Below are positions 13,891 to 27,149 of a DNA stretch of 64,000 nt, piece by piece (the first letter of the stretch is position 1; every line of letters begins with the position of its first letter). This stretch comes from Eledone cirrhosa (taxonomy: Eukaryota), in assembly GCA_964016885.1 (NCBI GenBank), contig OZ024755.1:36022001-36086000 (forward strand), read 5' to 3'. Under the pieces are notes generated by a model. It searched no databases. It was not told where the DNA came from and was given only the letters and a program-made list of their open reading frames with translations. The position numbers and the translations under genes were made by a program.

Positions 13891-13929
13891 TTTTTGTAAT
13901 AATATATTACAGTCAGAGTAATATCTACA

Positions 13930-14525
13930 GTTACACGAGAAAGGATGGTCAGCTTACAACAAGATGAATCGAGTTTGGCGCTCAAGTCTTTCCAACCACA
14001 CCAAGATCAGACTCTTCCAAGTAACAATTCATCCAATCTTGCTATATGGAAGTGAAATATGGACGCTTTCATCCAAACAGCAAAAGCACCTTGATGTCAC
14101 CTACACTCGCCTGCTTCAACACATTCAGAACATAACATGGCGACATCTGCCTTTGAGAGAGATATATGCCAGCCTCCCACACATATCTGTCATACGTAAA
14201 AGGAGAGTAAGATTTGCTGGCCACTGCCATTGTGTCACCTATGAGGCTGTGTCCCCATTAGTACTCTGGAAGCCACAAGCAATCACTAATAACAGGGGGT
14301 GCAAGCTCTCCTACCCCAATTTGCTGGCCACTGCCATCATGCCACCTCTCAGGCTGTGTCCCGATTAGTGCTTTGGAAACCACACGCAGTCACTAATAAC
14401 AGGGGGCACAAGCTCTCCTACCCCGATGTCATCTCCAGAGATTCTGGTATTGAAATCCAGGACTTGGCAACGGCAATGAACGACAGACCCACGTGGAGAT
14501 CAATTGTTGAGTTGATGATGATAGT
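13930..14525 (+). mobile_element. RTE-clade LINE ORF2 3' fragment with an internal duplication
   Basis: KIRLFQVTIHPILLYGSEIWTL...RRVRFAGHC; the FAGHC-KLSYP segment is duplicated; ends in TGATGATGAT. Confidence 0.85.
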
Positions 14526-14612
14526 TACTAAATGTAAATATTATATCATTTATATATCATCATCATCATCGTCGTCATTTTTATGTCCATTTTGTTATGC
14601 TTGCATCGGTTG

Positions 14613-14965
14613 GATCATCATCATCATCATCATCATTTTATTTTACGTCCGCTTTTCCCCTGCTTGCAAGGGTGGGACGGGAACTGATGCTGGCTTGATT
14701 TCTACAGCTGGATGCCCTTCCTAACACCAACCTCATTTACAGTGAGGGCTGGGTGCTTTTTTGCCGTGGCACCTCCACGACCACTTTGCAGTGGAATGAT
14801 AGGGACCTCAGTCCCTATCATCTCATTTCTACAGCTGAGTAAATTGGAGCAATGTGAAATAAAGTGTCTTGCTCAGGGAAACAACACATCACCTGGTCTG
14901 AGAATTGAACTCACAACCTTTCGATTGCAAGGCCAATGCTCTAACTACTAAGCCATGTGCCTCCA
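14613..14965 (-). mobile_element. SINE family A copy
   Basis: Reverse complement of 8855-9190. Confidence 0.85.
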
Positions 14966-15047
14966 TTGGATATTAATATTAATTACTATTTAGGCGACTG
15001 TAATCTTAACGTTTCCCTATTACATTTTAAATACTATTATTTACAAA

Positions 15048-15775
15048 AAGTACCAGTAATGCACTGGGTATTTGCTGGCCTTGTGCCTAAAGTAGAAACA
15101 ATTATTTACAAGGACGGTGGATTGGCAGTATCGGTAGAGGGTTGGCCGCCATGCTTTGCAGCATAGAGCTACGGCCCTTTATGATATGAGTTCAAATCCC
15201 GCCGAGGTTAACTTTGCCTTTCATCTTTACGGGGTCGATAAAATAAAGTACCAGTCATGCACTGGGGCTGATTTAATTGACTTCCCCTTCCCCCCAAATT
15301 GCTGGCCTTGGGCCTTTATAAGAAACCATTATTTACAACTTCAATGGCGGTGGATTGGCAGTATCGGTAGAACATCGGACAACATACTTAGCGACACAGA
15401 GTTTCGGCCCCTTGCGTTTTGTGCTCAAATCCTGCCGAGGTTAGCTTTGCCTTTCAACCCTATGAGGTTGATAAAATAAAGTACCAGTAATGCAATAGGG
15501 TCCATTTAATCCACTTTCCCTTCCCCCCAAAATTGCTGGCCTTGTACCTATACAAGAAATCATTATTTACAATTTTGGCGGTGGATTGGCAGTATTGGGA
15601 GAGGGTCGGACGCTATGCTTTGACGTATAGAGTTACGGCCCTTGCCATTCTGAGTTCAAATCCCGCCGAGGTTAACTTTGCCTTTCATCCTTACAGGGTC
15701 GATAAAATAAAGTACCAGTAATGCACTGGGTAATTGCTCGCCTTGTGCCAAAAGTAGAAACTATTATTTACAATT
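15048..15775 (+). mobile_element. Three head-to-tail SINE family B copies plus a partial tail
   Basis: GGCGGTGGATTGGCAGTAT heads at ~15112, 15345 and 15577, each with a B-box-like motif and the GAGGTTA.CTTTGCCTTTCA body. Confidence 0.8.
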
Positions 15776-15874
15776 TTGCTTACAAACTCATAACATTTCT
15801 CCTACTGGAGAAATTTAATAAGCAGAGCAGAAGATAGGGCACCAACCCCATCAGGGAAGTGTGAATGGTTTTGA

Positions 15875-17742
15875 CAGATTTGCAATATATTAATGTGTGA
15901 GAACGACAAAGCATGGATATAGAGAAAGAGAAACTAGGTATAAGAGGAATCAAGGGGACTATGCAGAAGAGGAGACTGCATTTGAATGGACACCTGATAC
16001 ACATGGATGATGAGCATGAGGTAAAGAAGTGCCAAGTAATCCCAGTGGAAGGAAGCTGCAGTGGAGGAAGACCAGGGAAGTTCTGGATGGTAATGATGAT
16101 AATCCCAGTGGAAGGAAGCTGCAGTGGAGGAAGACCAGGGAAGTTCTGGATGGTAATGGTGATAATCCCAGTGGAAGGAAGCTGCAGTGGAGGAAGACCA
16201 GGGAAGTTCTGGATGGTAATGGTGATAATCCCAGTGGAAGGAAGCTGCAGTGGAGGAAGACCAGGGAAGTTCTGGATGGTAATGGTGATAATCCCAGTGG
16301 AAGGAAGCTGCAGTGGAGGAAGACCAGGGAAGTTCTGGATGGTAATGATGATAATCCCAGTGGAAGGAAGCTGCAGTGGAGGAAGACCAGGGAAGTTCTG
16401 GATGGTAATGGTGATAAACCCAGTGGAAGGAAGCTGCAGTGGAGGAAGACCAGGGAAGTTCTGGATGGTAATGGTGATAAACCCAGTGGAAGGAAGCTGC
16501 AGTGGAGGAAGACCAGGGAAGTTCTGGATGGTAATGATGATAATCCCAGTGGAAGGAAGCTGCAGTGGAGGAAGACCAGGGAAGTTCTGGATGGTAATGG
16601 TGATAAACCCAGTGGAAGGAAGCTGCAGTGGAGGAAGACCAGGGAAGTTCTGGATGGTAATGATGATAATCCCAGTGGAAGGAAGCTGCAGTGGAGGAAG
16701 ACCAGGGAAGTTCTGGATGGTAATGGTGATAAACCCAGTGGAAGGAAGCTGCAGTGGAGGAAGACCAGGGAAGTTCTGGATGGTAATGATGATAATCCCA
16801 GTGGAAGGAAGCTGCAGTGGAGGAAGACCAGGGAAGTTCTGGATGGTAATGGTGATAAACCCAGTGGAAGGAAGCTGCAGTGGAGGAAAACCAGGGAAGT
16901 TCTGGATGGTAATGATGATAATCCCAGTGGAAGGAAGCTGCAGTGGAGGAAGACCAGGGAAGTTCTGGATGGTAATGATGATAATCCCAGTGGAAGGAAG
17001 CTGCAGTGGAGGAAGACCAGGGAAGTTCTGGATGGTAATGGTGATAATCCCAGTGGAAGGAAGCTGCAGTGGAGGAAGACCAGGGAAGTACTGGATGGTA
17101 ATGATGATAATCCCAGTGGAAGGAAGCTGCAGTGGAGGAAGACCAGGGAAGTTCTGGATGGTAATGATGATAATCCCAGTGGAAGGAAGCTGCAGTGGAG
17201 GAAGACCAGGGAAGTTCTGGATGGTAATGGTGATAATCCCAGTGGAAGGAAGCTGCAGTGGAGGAAGACCAGGGAAGTACTGGATGGTAATGATGATAAT
17301 CCCAGTGGAAGGAAGCTGCAGTGGAGGAAGACCAGGGAAGTACTGGATGGTAATGATGATAATCCCAGTGGAAGGAAGCTGCAGTGGAGGAAGACCAGGG
17401 AAGTTCTGGATGGTAATGATGATAATCCCAGTGGAAGGAAGCTGCAGTGGAGGAAGACCAGGGAAGTTCTGGATGGTAATGGTGATAATCCAAGTGGAAG
17501 GAAGCTGCAGTGGAGGAAGACCAGGGAAGTTCTGGATGGTAATGATGATAATCCCAGTGGAAGGAAGCTGCAGTGGAGGAAGACCAGGGAAGTTCTGGAT
17601 GGTAGTGGTGAGAGCTGATCTCAGATTGTTAAAGCTCATGGAGGAGGTGAGAAAGGAACGCGACAAATGGAGAGATGTTGTACTGAGAAGGATCTGTCCA
17701 ACCCATGCAAGTGTGGAACAACAGAGTAATATGATGATGATA
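15875..17742 (+). mobile_element. RTE LINE ORF2 C-terminal fragment containing a 63-bp in-frame tandem expansion (~25 copies)
   Basis: RRLHLNGHLIHMDDEHEVKKC-(IPVEGSCSGGRPGKFWMVMMI)n-VRADLRLLKL...RDKWRD, then an (ATG)n tail. Confidence 0.85.
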
Positions 17743-17826
17743 CACTCTAATTTCTCGAGTATCAAGTACTTAACTGAACAGGGTTTTACTAGTCTAAACT
17801 GTAACTCCCAATCTATCTTTATATAG

Positions 17827-17882
17827 AGAGTTTCAGAAGAACCCGTAATATAGTGAAAGCAGCGATTCTTTGCTTAAACTTT
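17827..17882 (+). ncRNA. Hammerhead-like motif with atypical CAGA core
   Basis: AGAGUUU CAGAAGA AC..GU GAAA GCA..UGC UU AAACUUU; related copy on the minus strand at 36745-36797; partial copy at 18784-18813. Confidence 0.35.
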
Positions 17883-17956
17883 AAACTGTACTAATAATAA
17901 ATATTTACACAACGGGTTTATATCTACTTTTTTATTATATATATATATATATATAT

Positions 17957-18298
17957 GGAGGCACATGGCTTAGTGGTTAGAGCATTGGCCTTGCAATCGA
18001 AAGGTTGTGAGTTCAATTCTCAGACCGGGTGATGTGTTGTTTCCTTGAGCAAGACACTTTATTTCACATTGCTCCAGTTTACTCAGCTGTAGAAATGAGA
18101 TGATAGGGACTGGAGTCCCTATCATTCCACTGCAAAGTGGTCGTGGAGGTGCCACGGCAAAAAAGCACCCAGCACTCACTGTAAATGAGGTTGGTGTTAG
18201 GAAGGGCATCCAGCTGTAGAAATCAAGCCAAAATCAGTTCCCATCCCACCCTTGCAAGCAGGGAAAAGCGGACGTAAAATGATGATGATGATGATGAT
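17957..18298 (+). mobile_element. SINE family A copy
   Basis: Near-identical to 8855-9190; follows (TA)n. Confidence 0.85.
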
Positions 18299-18824
18299 AT
18301 ATACACACACACACACACACAATCCTATTCAAAACCTCTTCGGATTTTGATCTTCATAATTATTATTACTATGTATATATATATATATCATCATCATCGT
18401 TTAATGTCCATCTTCCACGCTAGCATGGGTTAGATGGTTTTGTTCCATTTGATGCGGGAATGGTCAGGAGACCTTGTCTCGCTCGTACAGAACTAATAAT
18501 AATAAATGCGAAGACTAAAATCAGAAGAAGGCTTGATAAGGAATATATATAATATATATATATAGTTATGTAATAAACAACATGAGATAGTTATTTCATT
18601 TGCCAGTGAAGACAGATGTAGTGTCTGTGTTCAGTCGTCAGAATGAATAAAAAAACATGGTCTAATAATAAGCTCTGTAGCCTACATAGAGCACTCTTTT
18701 TTTCTGTACCTTTCTGACAGAAATACTTCATTTAATATATATATATAAACCTGGAGAGCAAGTATTTGTTATAAGAACTGATTAAAGTTTAAACAAAGAA
18801 TCGCTGCTTTCACCCTTGATAATC

Positions 18825-20345
18825 TACCCCCACCTAATACAATAGTTATAGCCGTTCTACTTAACAGTGTACCCACACCTAACACAATAGTCATAGCTGT
18901 TCTACTTAACAGTGTACCCCCACCTAACACAATAGCCATAACTGTTCTACTTAACAGTGTACCCCCACCTAATATAAGTCATAGCTGTTCTACTTAACAG
19001 TGTACCCCCACCTAATACAATAGTCATAGCTGTTCTACTTAACAATGTACCCCCACCTAATACAATAGTCATAGCTGTTCTACTTAACAGTGTACCCCCA
19101 CCTAATACAATAGTCATAGCTGTTCTACTTAACAGTGTACCCCACCTAATACAATAGTCATAGCTGTTCTACTTAACAGTGTACCCCCACCTAATACAAT
19201 AGTCATGGCTGTTCTACTTAACAGTGTACCCCCACCTAACACAATAGTCATAGCTGTTCTACTTAACAGTGTACCCCCACCTAATACAATAGTAATAGCT
19301 GTTCTACTTAACAGTGTACCCCCACCTAACACAATAGTCATAGCTGTTCTACTTAACAGTGTACCCCCACCTAACACAATAGTCATAGCTGTTCTACTTA
19401 ACAGTGTACCCCCACCTAATACAATAGTAATAGCTGTTCTACTTAACAGTGTACTCCTACCTAACACAATAGTCATAGCTGTTCTACTTAACAGTGTACC
19501 CCCACCTAACACAATAGTCATAGCTGTTCTACTTAACAGTGTACTCCTACCTAACACAATAGTCATAGCTGTTCTACTTAACAGTGTACCCCCACCTAAC
19601 ACAATAGTCATAGCTGTTCTACTTAACAGTGTACCCCCACCTAACACAATAGTCATAGCTGTTCTACTTAACAGTGTACCCCCACCTAACACAATAGTAA
19701 TAGCTGTTCTACTTAACAGTGTACCCCCACCTAACACAATAGTCATAGCTGTTCTACTTAACAGTGTACCCCCACCTAACACAATAGTAATAGCTGTTCT
19801 ACTTAACAGTGTACCCCCACCTAACACAATAGTCATGGCTGTTCTACTTAACAGTGTACCCCCACCTAATACAATAGTCATAGCTGTTCTACTTAACAGT
19901 GTACCCCCACCTAACACAATAGTAATAGCTGTTCTACTTAACAGTGTACCCCCACCTAACACAATAGTCATGGCTGTTCTACTTAACAGTGTACCCCCAC
20001 CTAACACAATAGTCATGGCTGTTCTACTTAACAGTGTACCCCCACCTAATACAATAGTCATGGCTGTTCTACTTAACAGTGTACCCCACCTAATACAATA
20101 GTCATAGCTGTTCTACTTAACAGTGTACCCCCACCTAATACAATAGTCATAGCTGTTCTACTTAACAGTGTACCCCCACCTAACACAATAGTAATAGCTG
20201 TTCTACTTAACAGTGTACCCCCACCTAATACAATAGTCATAGCTGTTCTACTTAACAGTGTACCCCCACCTAACACAATAGTCATGGCTGTTCTACTTAA
20301 CAGTGTACCCCCACCTAATACAATAGTCATGGCTGTTCTACCCAT
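18825..20345 (+). repeat. 45-bp minisatellite, ~34 copies
   Basis: Unit CCCCACCTAACACAATAGTCATAGCTGTTCTACTTAACAGTGTAC. Confidence 0.95.
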
Positions 20346-20496
20346 TACACTGCACACCACCTAAAGTGCCTAATACATAACAACATTAATAAGTGACTTA
20401 AATGCTAAACTTCACCCACAAAAGTTACAAAAAGAATTTGTTACTACAATATATCTTTTAGGACAAAGTAATTCACTTGGCGGTGTTTATAGATCA

Positions 20497-20757
20497 TTAT
20501 ACATTACTATCTAACCCGCCGAGGTTAACTTTGCCTTTCATCCTTACGGGGTCGATAAAATAAAGTACCAGTAATACACTAGGTAATTGCTGGCCTTGTG
20601 CCAACAGTAGAAACAATTATACATTACTATCTAACCCACCGAGGTTAACTTTGCCTTTCATCCTTACGGGGTTGATAAAAATAAAGTACCAGTAATACAC
20701 TGGGTAATTGCTGGCCTTGTGCCAACAGTAGAAACAATTATACATTACTATCTAACC
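20497..20757 (+). mobile_element. Tandem duplicated 3' halves of SINE family B
   Basis: Two ~120-bp copies of GAGGTTAACTTTGCCTTTCATCC...AGTAGAAACAATTAT. Confidence 0.7.
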
Positions 20758-21038
20758 CAGTCATGGGCAACCTGCAGCCCGCGAAGCTTTCTGAATGGCT
20801 CGCCTAAGTCACCTAAGTGAAACCTTTCTGATTTTTTTACCCCAACTTTTCAGTCATAATTTATCTTTCTAACATTTTTACGATCGAGGAAAACGTGTAC
20901 GAATTCTGAAGAAACAAATCAAAACAACCTGAGTTACCGCCCTTTTTTTTAAATGTGGGCACAAATGTAAATTAGCGCTTGCCTGATGATGAGCCATATC
21001 TCATGCAGCCCCGGTTCTTGAAAAGGGTTGCCCATGCT
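20758..21038 (+). mobile_element. hAT-like MITE
   Basis: Imperfect terminal inverted repeats CAGTCATGGGCAACC / GGTTGCCCATGC; no target-site duplication confirmed. Confidence 0.55.
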
Positions 21039-21454
21039 AGCGTGGAAAATAGACGTTAAACGATGATGATGATGATTACTGATTTCTACTGATGGTAAGT
21101 AGATATCAGTAAATCTATTGAACGCCAGTGTTAATAACCTCAGTTCGAATGAGTCAATAGACAGCCTCTACACAAACATTTCAACCATTTTCAAAGAGCC
21201 AGTCATATTTTCCCATTAAAAAAAAAAGGACGCATTGGATAATGAAGTTCTTTGAGTGAATGAAAGACAAGATAGTCACTGCTGGAACCTCTTTGATCAT
21301 AGGCCTGTTGGATTAGAAATACCTGAGGACTAAACAACATCCACATCAACTTATGCACAATTCAACTTCTATTTAACTTACTTGACATGCACATACAATA
21401 AAACTCAAATGTATAGTGTTTTAAATAACTAGAATTTTTTCAACACGCTGACCC

Positions 21455-22040
21455 ATATGTGCATATGTTTGTGCATGTGTGTATGGGCATATGTTTGTGC
21501 ATGTGTGTATGGGCATATGTTTGTGCATGTGTGTATGGGCATATGTTTGTGCGTGTGTGTATGTGCATATGTTTGTGCATGTGTGTATGTGCATATGTTT
21601 GTGCACGTGTGTATGTGCATATGTTTGTGCATGTGTGTATGTGCATATGTTTGTGCATGTGTGTATGGGCATATGTTTGTGCATGTGTGCATGTGCATGT
21701 TTGTGCATGTGTGTATGGGCATATGTTTGTGCATGTGTGTATGTGCATATGTTTGTGCATGTGTGTATGGGCATATGTTTGTGCATGTGTGTATGGGCAT
21801 ATGTTTGTGCATGTGTGTATGGGCATATGTTTGTGCATGTGTGCATGTGCATGTTTGTGCATGTGTGTATGGGCATATGTTTGTGCATGTGTGTATGTGC
21901 ATATGTTTGTGCATGTGTGTATGGGCATATGTTTGTGCATGTGTGTATGGGCATATGTTTGTGCATGTGTGTATGGGCATATGTTTGTGCATGTGCATAT
22001 GTGTATATGTATATGTTTGTACATGTGTGTATGCATACAT
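21455..22040 (+). repeat. 26-bp minisatellite
   Basis: Unit GCATATGTTTGTGCATGTGTGTATGG. Confidence 0.9.
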
Positions 22041-22526
22041 TTACATGTATGATTATATGAATATAAACGTGCAAACACAGACACACTTACAAAAATACAC
22101 ACTGACATACGCTCACACAAACACACACACCACACATACATTCACACAAACACATACATACATACACTCACACACAGCATAGTTTTTTCACCGTCCCTTT
22201 CCTTCCTTTTAAACACAAATACATTCACACAGGCAGCAGATGTAAAGAGAGGAGTAGTATGAGGTAGTCAAACTACTCCTCTCTCTTTACATGTTGTGAC
22301 GGAATCACAGAAATTTATATAGAGATTTGATACAAGAATTAATATTTTAGGAACCCTAAAGAGGACATGTAAGTTAAAAACCGAAGAAAGATGATTCAGA
22401 TAAGGGTTTATTATGCACTTCTTAACCCAGACTTATCCGGCCAGAATTCTCTCACCTCTTTCTGTTCAGACCAGCCATATCCGGCCACTCATACTGATGT
22501 TAAGGTATTGTTCTCAAAATAAATAA

Positions 22527-22832
22527 ATCTCCACGTGGGTCTGTCATTCATTGCCGTTGCCAAGTCCTGGATTTCAATACCAGAATCTCTGGAGATGACA
22601 TCGGGTAGGAGAGCTTGCTACCCCTGTTATTAGTGACTGCTTGTGGTTTCCAAAGCACTAATGGGGTCACAGCCTCATAGGTGGCACGATGGCAGTGGCC
22701 AGCAAATCTTACTCTCCTTTTACGTACAACGACAGACATGCGTGGGAGGCCAGCATATATCTCTCTCAAAGGCAGATGTCGCCAGCTTCTGTTCTGAATG
22801 CGTTGAAGCAGACGAGTGTAAGTGCCATCAAG
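22527..22832 (-). mobile_element. RTE-clade LINE 3' fragment
   Basis: REIYAGLPRMSVVVRKRRVRFAGHCHRA; same family as 13930-14525. Confidence 0.85.
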
Positions 22833-22925
22833 GCGCTCTAGACATGTCCTGTCTCAGGCCATGATAACCCATTCAACCAGTGCCAGCATGGGAAGTGGAT
22901 GTAAAATGATGATGATGATGATAAT

Positions 22926-23098
<173 letters not shown>

Positions 23099-23289
23099 TA
23101 TGAAAACAATTTTAATTACAATGTACAGAAATTTTGACAATACAGAGCGGTTAAAAATAACATGCATTTAAATAAAATAATTGCTCATAAATTTGTGTTG
23201 TTAAAGAAATATAAAGCCTGTCATTTTTGTAGCCATCATGTACGAGTAATAAAGTAATAAAGCATGGAACTAAGACTGTCACAAGAAAA

Positions 23290-23700
23290 TAACAGAATTA
23301 TTGATTTAATGACCAAAAGTATATGATCACGAATACAAGCGCCCGAAATGGGGTTCTTCCGAAGGGTCATTGGAGTAACGTTACTCAAAGTACATAGCTC
23401 GGAGATCAGAATGTCACTCCAGGTAGAGCCTCTACTACTCCGAATTGAGAGATAACAGTTCCGATACTATAGGCATGTGGTTAGAATGTCTGGACAGATT
23501 CTACTGGCAAAACTAAGAGGTAGGAGGAGGACCAGGGGTAGATCCCGAGGGAGATGGTTGGAGAACATCCATGAGCTTGGTTGGTCACGCTTGGGGATCC
23601 AGCCAGATCAGTCGGAGATGGTTGCCTCTGACAGGGACCCACTTGAGGGAGTATTTGAGGACTCTGCCCACACAACCCTTAACAGGACGAAGTGAACGAA
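23290..23700 (+). mobile_element. Degenerate RTE LINE 3' fragment
   Basis: RYYRHVVRM...GRRRTRGRSRGRWLENI motif; followed by (GAA)n to ~23970. Confidence 0.65.
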
Positions 23701-23821
23701 GAAGAAGGAAACTAAGATGTGAATGAAGAAGAAAAAGAAAAAGAAAAAGCAAAGAAGAAGAAGAAGAAGTGAACGAAGAAGTGAACAAAGAAGAAAAAGA
23801 AAGAAGAAGAAGAAGAAAAAG

Positions 23822-23852
<31 letters not shown>

Positions 23853-24439
23853 GAACGAAGAAGTGAACAAAGAAGAAAAAGAAAGAAGAAGAAGAAGAAG
23901 AAGAAGAAGAAGAAGAAGAAGAAAAAGAAGAAAAAGAAGAAGAAAAAGAAGAAGGCAAAGAAGAAGAAGTTAATATCTGCTATGGTATCAGTATCATCTC
24001 AGGTCCCATGACAAAGATATATGAAGGGGGGTTGACTGAAAAAAGGTTTCAACATTGAAAATGTACAACTGGTACACCAAACAATATCATTTGTTCCATT
24101 AACCTTTTCTGTTTAAACCAGTTGTAACCAGTTGCTCATACTGATGTTAAGGTATTGTTCTCAAAATAAATAATATCAAAATCTCATAGATTCAATATTA
24201 TAAGAGATAATTATGAGAAGTAAAGCCTTTACCACAAAAATACAATAATAAATATAGAGTAATGTAAATGGTAAAGGGTTAATGCTTATGCTATTAACTT
24301 TTATTTATCTAAGCCAATGTAGAACCAATTTTGTGTTCCTTTGAAATAACAACCAAACTCCTACAAATCATTCCCTACCACCTGTAACCTTTTTGTGACT
24401 ATTTCTAATGAAATACACACTATTTTGATTAATTAATTA

Positions 24440-24800
24440 ATTGTTTCTACTTCAGGCACAAGGCCAGCAATTATCCAGTGCATTACTGGTACTTTATTTT
24501 ATCGACCTCGTAAGGATGAAAGGCAAAGTCAACCTCGGCGGGATTTGAACTCAGATCGTAAAGGGACGTAACTATGCTGGAAAGCATGGCGTCCGACCCT
24601 CTAATTAATTAATTGTTTCTACTTTAGGCACAAGGCCAGCAATTATCCAGTGCATTACTGGTACTTTATTTTATCGACCTCGTAAGGATGAAAGGCAAAG
24701 TCAACCTCGGCGGGATTTGAACTCAGATCGTAAAGGGACGTAACTATGCTGGAAAGCATGGCGTCCGACCCTCTACCGATACTGCCAATCCATCCTCTAA
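24440..24800 (-). mobile_element. Two tandem SINE family B copies
   Basis: Duplicated reverse-complement family B body. Confidence 0.8.
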
Positions 24801-24953
24801 TTAATTAATGAAGAATTTTGAGGGATTTACTATAATTATTACTTATTGCGTTACTAAAATAGTAACTTAATATACGTCTGTAAGATAGTAACTTCATAAA
24901 TATGGATCGTATAATGTTTGACGATTGTAATGTAAAAAAAGAACCTATTAAAA

Positions 24954-25181
24954 CCCTTTAGCATTTAAACCAGCCATATCCGGTAAGAATTATCTCACCT
25001 CTTTCTGTTCAAACCAGCTGTAACCGGCCACTCATACCAATGTTAAGGTATTGTTCTCAAAATATATATAACATCAAAATCTCATAGTTTGAGATTATAT
25101 GAGATGATTATGTTACATAAAGACTTTATACTGTGAAAATACAATAGTAAATATGGAGTAATGTAAACGCTAAAGGGTTAA
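24954..25181 (+). mobile_element. piggyBac-like MITE copy
   Basis: CCCTTTAGCATTTA...TAAACGCTAAAGGG-TTAA. Confidence 0.75.
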
Positions 25182-26234
25182 AATGGGTAGATTTATTTCA
25201 TAAAACCAGGGCTGATTTTGGCCGGGCTGATATCAAAATAGTTAAGAAAAGGGACACATCTGACAATATAATCCTGCTAGTATAGTCATATATGAAATAC
25301 CTGATTTAGGGTTATACAACAATCATTTTTATTCTTGCAACTTAACAAGTGGCTTAGCTCCTGAACATCCTGATTAAAATGAGTGGTGGCTAGCTTTAGA
25401 AATTCCATAATTGCATAGACATTTCTGATAAGGAAGAACATATTAAAGATGGTACTGCCGTTGTTGGAATGATTTATTGACCAATGTGCAACTGTAGGTC
25501 TCCAATGTATAGATCTAATGAAGCTGTGTTGTTTTAGTATCCATTTCCAATCAGCGTAAATGATTGTTCCCCCATGACACCAGCACACCACGTAATCATG
25601 TGGAAAAAGAAGATTCTGTGCAATGACCTGAGTCGCTGTTTATGGTATGTTATATGTTGCAGATAGATCGTATGTCCCACTGGTGTTAAAAGAACGTATT
25701 TGACAGCTACCTGTTCATTAGTAGTATTCCAAAAGAAAAATGGTTTAACGAGGAAAATAGTTCCGGATTATTTCTTTTAAATATTCTGTTACCTACAAAC
25801 AATTACATTGTTGCAGAATCAAGTTAACCATTTAACAACTTTTATATTCACTTTATAGTGCTGTCCATTATGATGAGTCAAACAGTTTCATGACACTTCT
25901 TATGACCTGGTCACTGACACAGTTTCATGGAACTAACTTGTAACATATTGTCAAGATGAAGTCAAACAGTCACAGCTCTAATATAACTAACATAGTTACC
26001 AAATGGGTGGTAACATCACAGATTGTAATATCATGGGTGGTAATATCATTTGCTTCTATTTAATCTTTGGCATGTTAAGTTATTTTATGGATTGCTTCCC
26101 TTGACAATGCATTGTGTTAAGGGCAGATTACTCTATCAATGACATAAAGCACCTAGAGCACACTGAAGATTAAGGTAACATACTTTTAAATATTCAAAAT
26201 TTGCTCAACACTTCTTCAAAACAATTGATGGTTT

Positions 26235-26260
26235 GTTTATATATACATATATATATATAA

Positions 26261-26355
<95 letters not shown>

Positions 26356-26393
26356 TATATATATATATGAATATATATATATATATATATATA

Positions 26394-26431
<38 letters not shown>

Positions 26432-26600
26432 AATATATACATATAAATATATATATATATATAAATATATATATATATGAATATATATATATACATATAA
26501 ATATATATATATATGAATATATATATATATATGAATATATATATACATATAAATATATATATACATATAAATATATATATACATATAAATATATATATAC

Positions 26601-26648
<48 letters not shown>

Positions 26649-26792
26649 ATACATATATATATGAATATATATATATATATATAAATATATATATACATAT
26701 AAATATATATATACATATTGTTATACTTTGGGAGGGTCATGTTGCCAATAAGAAACACACGCACCAGTTGCTTTCACAAATTCAGAAACGAA

Positions 26793-26823
<31 letters not shown>

Positions 26824-26860
26824 AATATAAATATATATATATAAATAGATATATATATAT
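26235..26860. repeat. (TA)n-rich compound microsatellite
   Basis: Direct inspection; contains a short dispersed repeat at 26716-26793. Confidence 0.9.
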
Positions 26861-26905
26861 ATCATCATCATATTCTTCGTTTAACGTCCATTTTCCATGC
26901 TAGCA

Positions 26906-26940
<35 letters not shown>

Positions 26941-27149
26941 CGAAATCATCAACATCATCATCATTTTACGTCCGCTTTTCCCTGCTTGCAAGGAAAATGT
27001 TAACAAATATTAAAAACTCCAGGAAAACACCCAGTTGAGTGCTTCTAATCTATTGTAAAATTGTATTCATTGCATAATCAATGAACCATACTAATCTTTG
27101 GTCACATATATATATATACCCGTAGAGCAAATATTTATTGTAAGAGTTT

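Noticed and set aside
18580-18650. Minus-strand CTGACGA...GAAA hammerhead candidate
   Set aside because: No convincing stem I pairing
20983-21005. CTGATGA followed by a TGAG/CTCA stem
   Set aside because: No GAAA or stem III follows
22240-22292. Hairpin containing TGAGGTAGT (let-7 5' end)
   Set aside because: The motif lies in the loop and the rest does not match let-7; likely a small foldback
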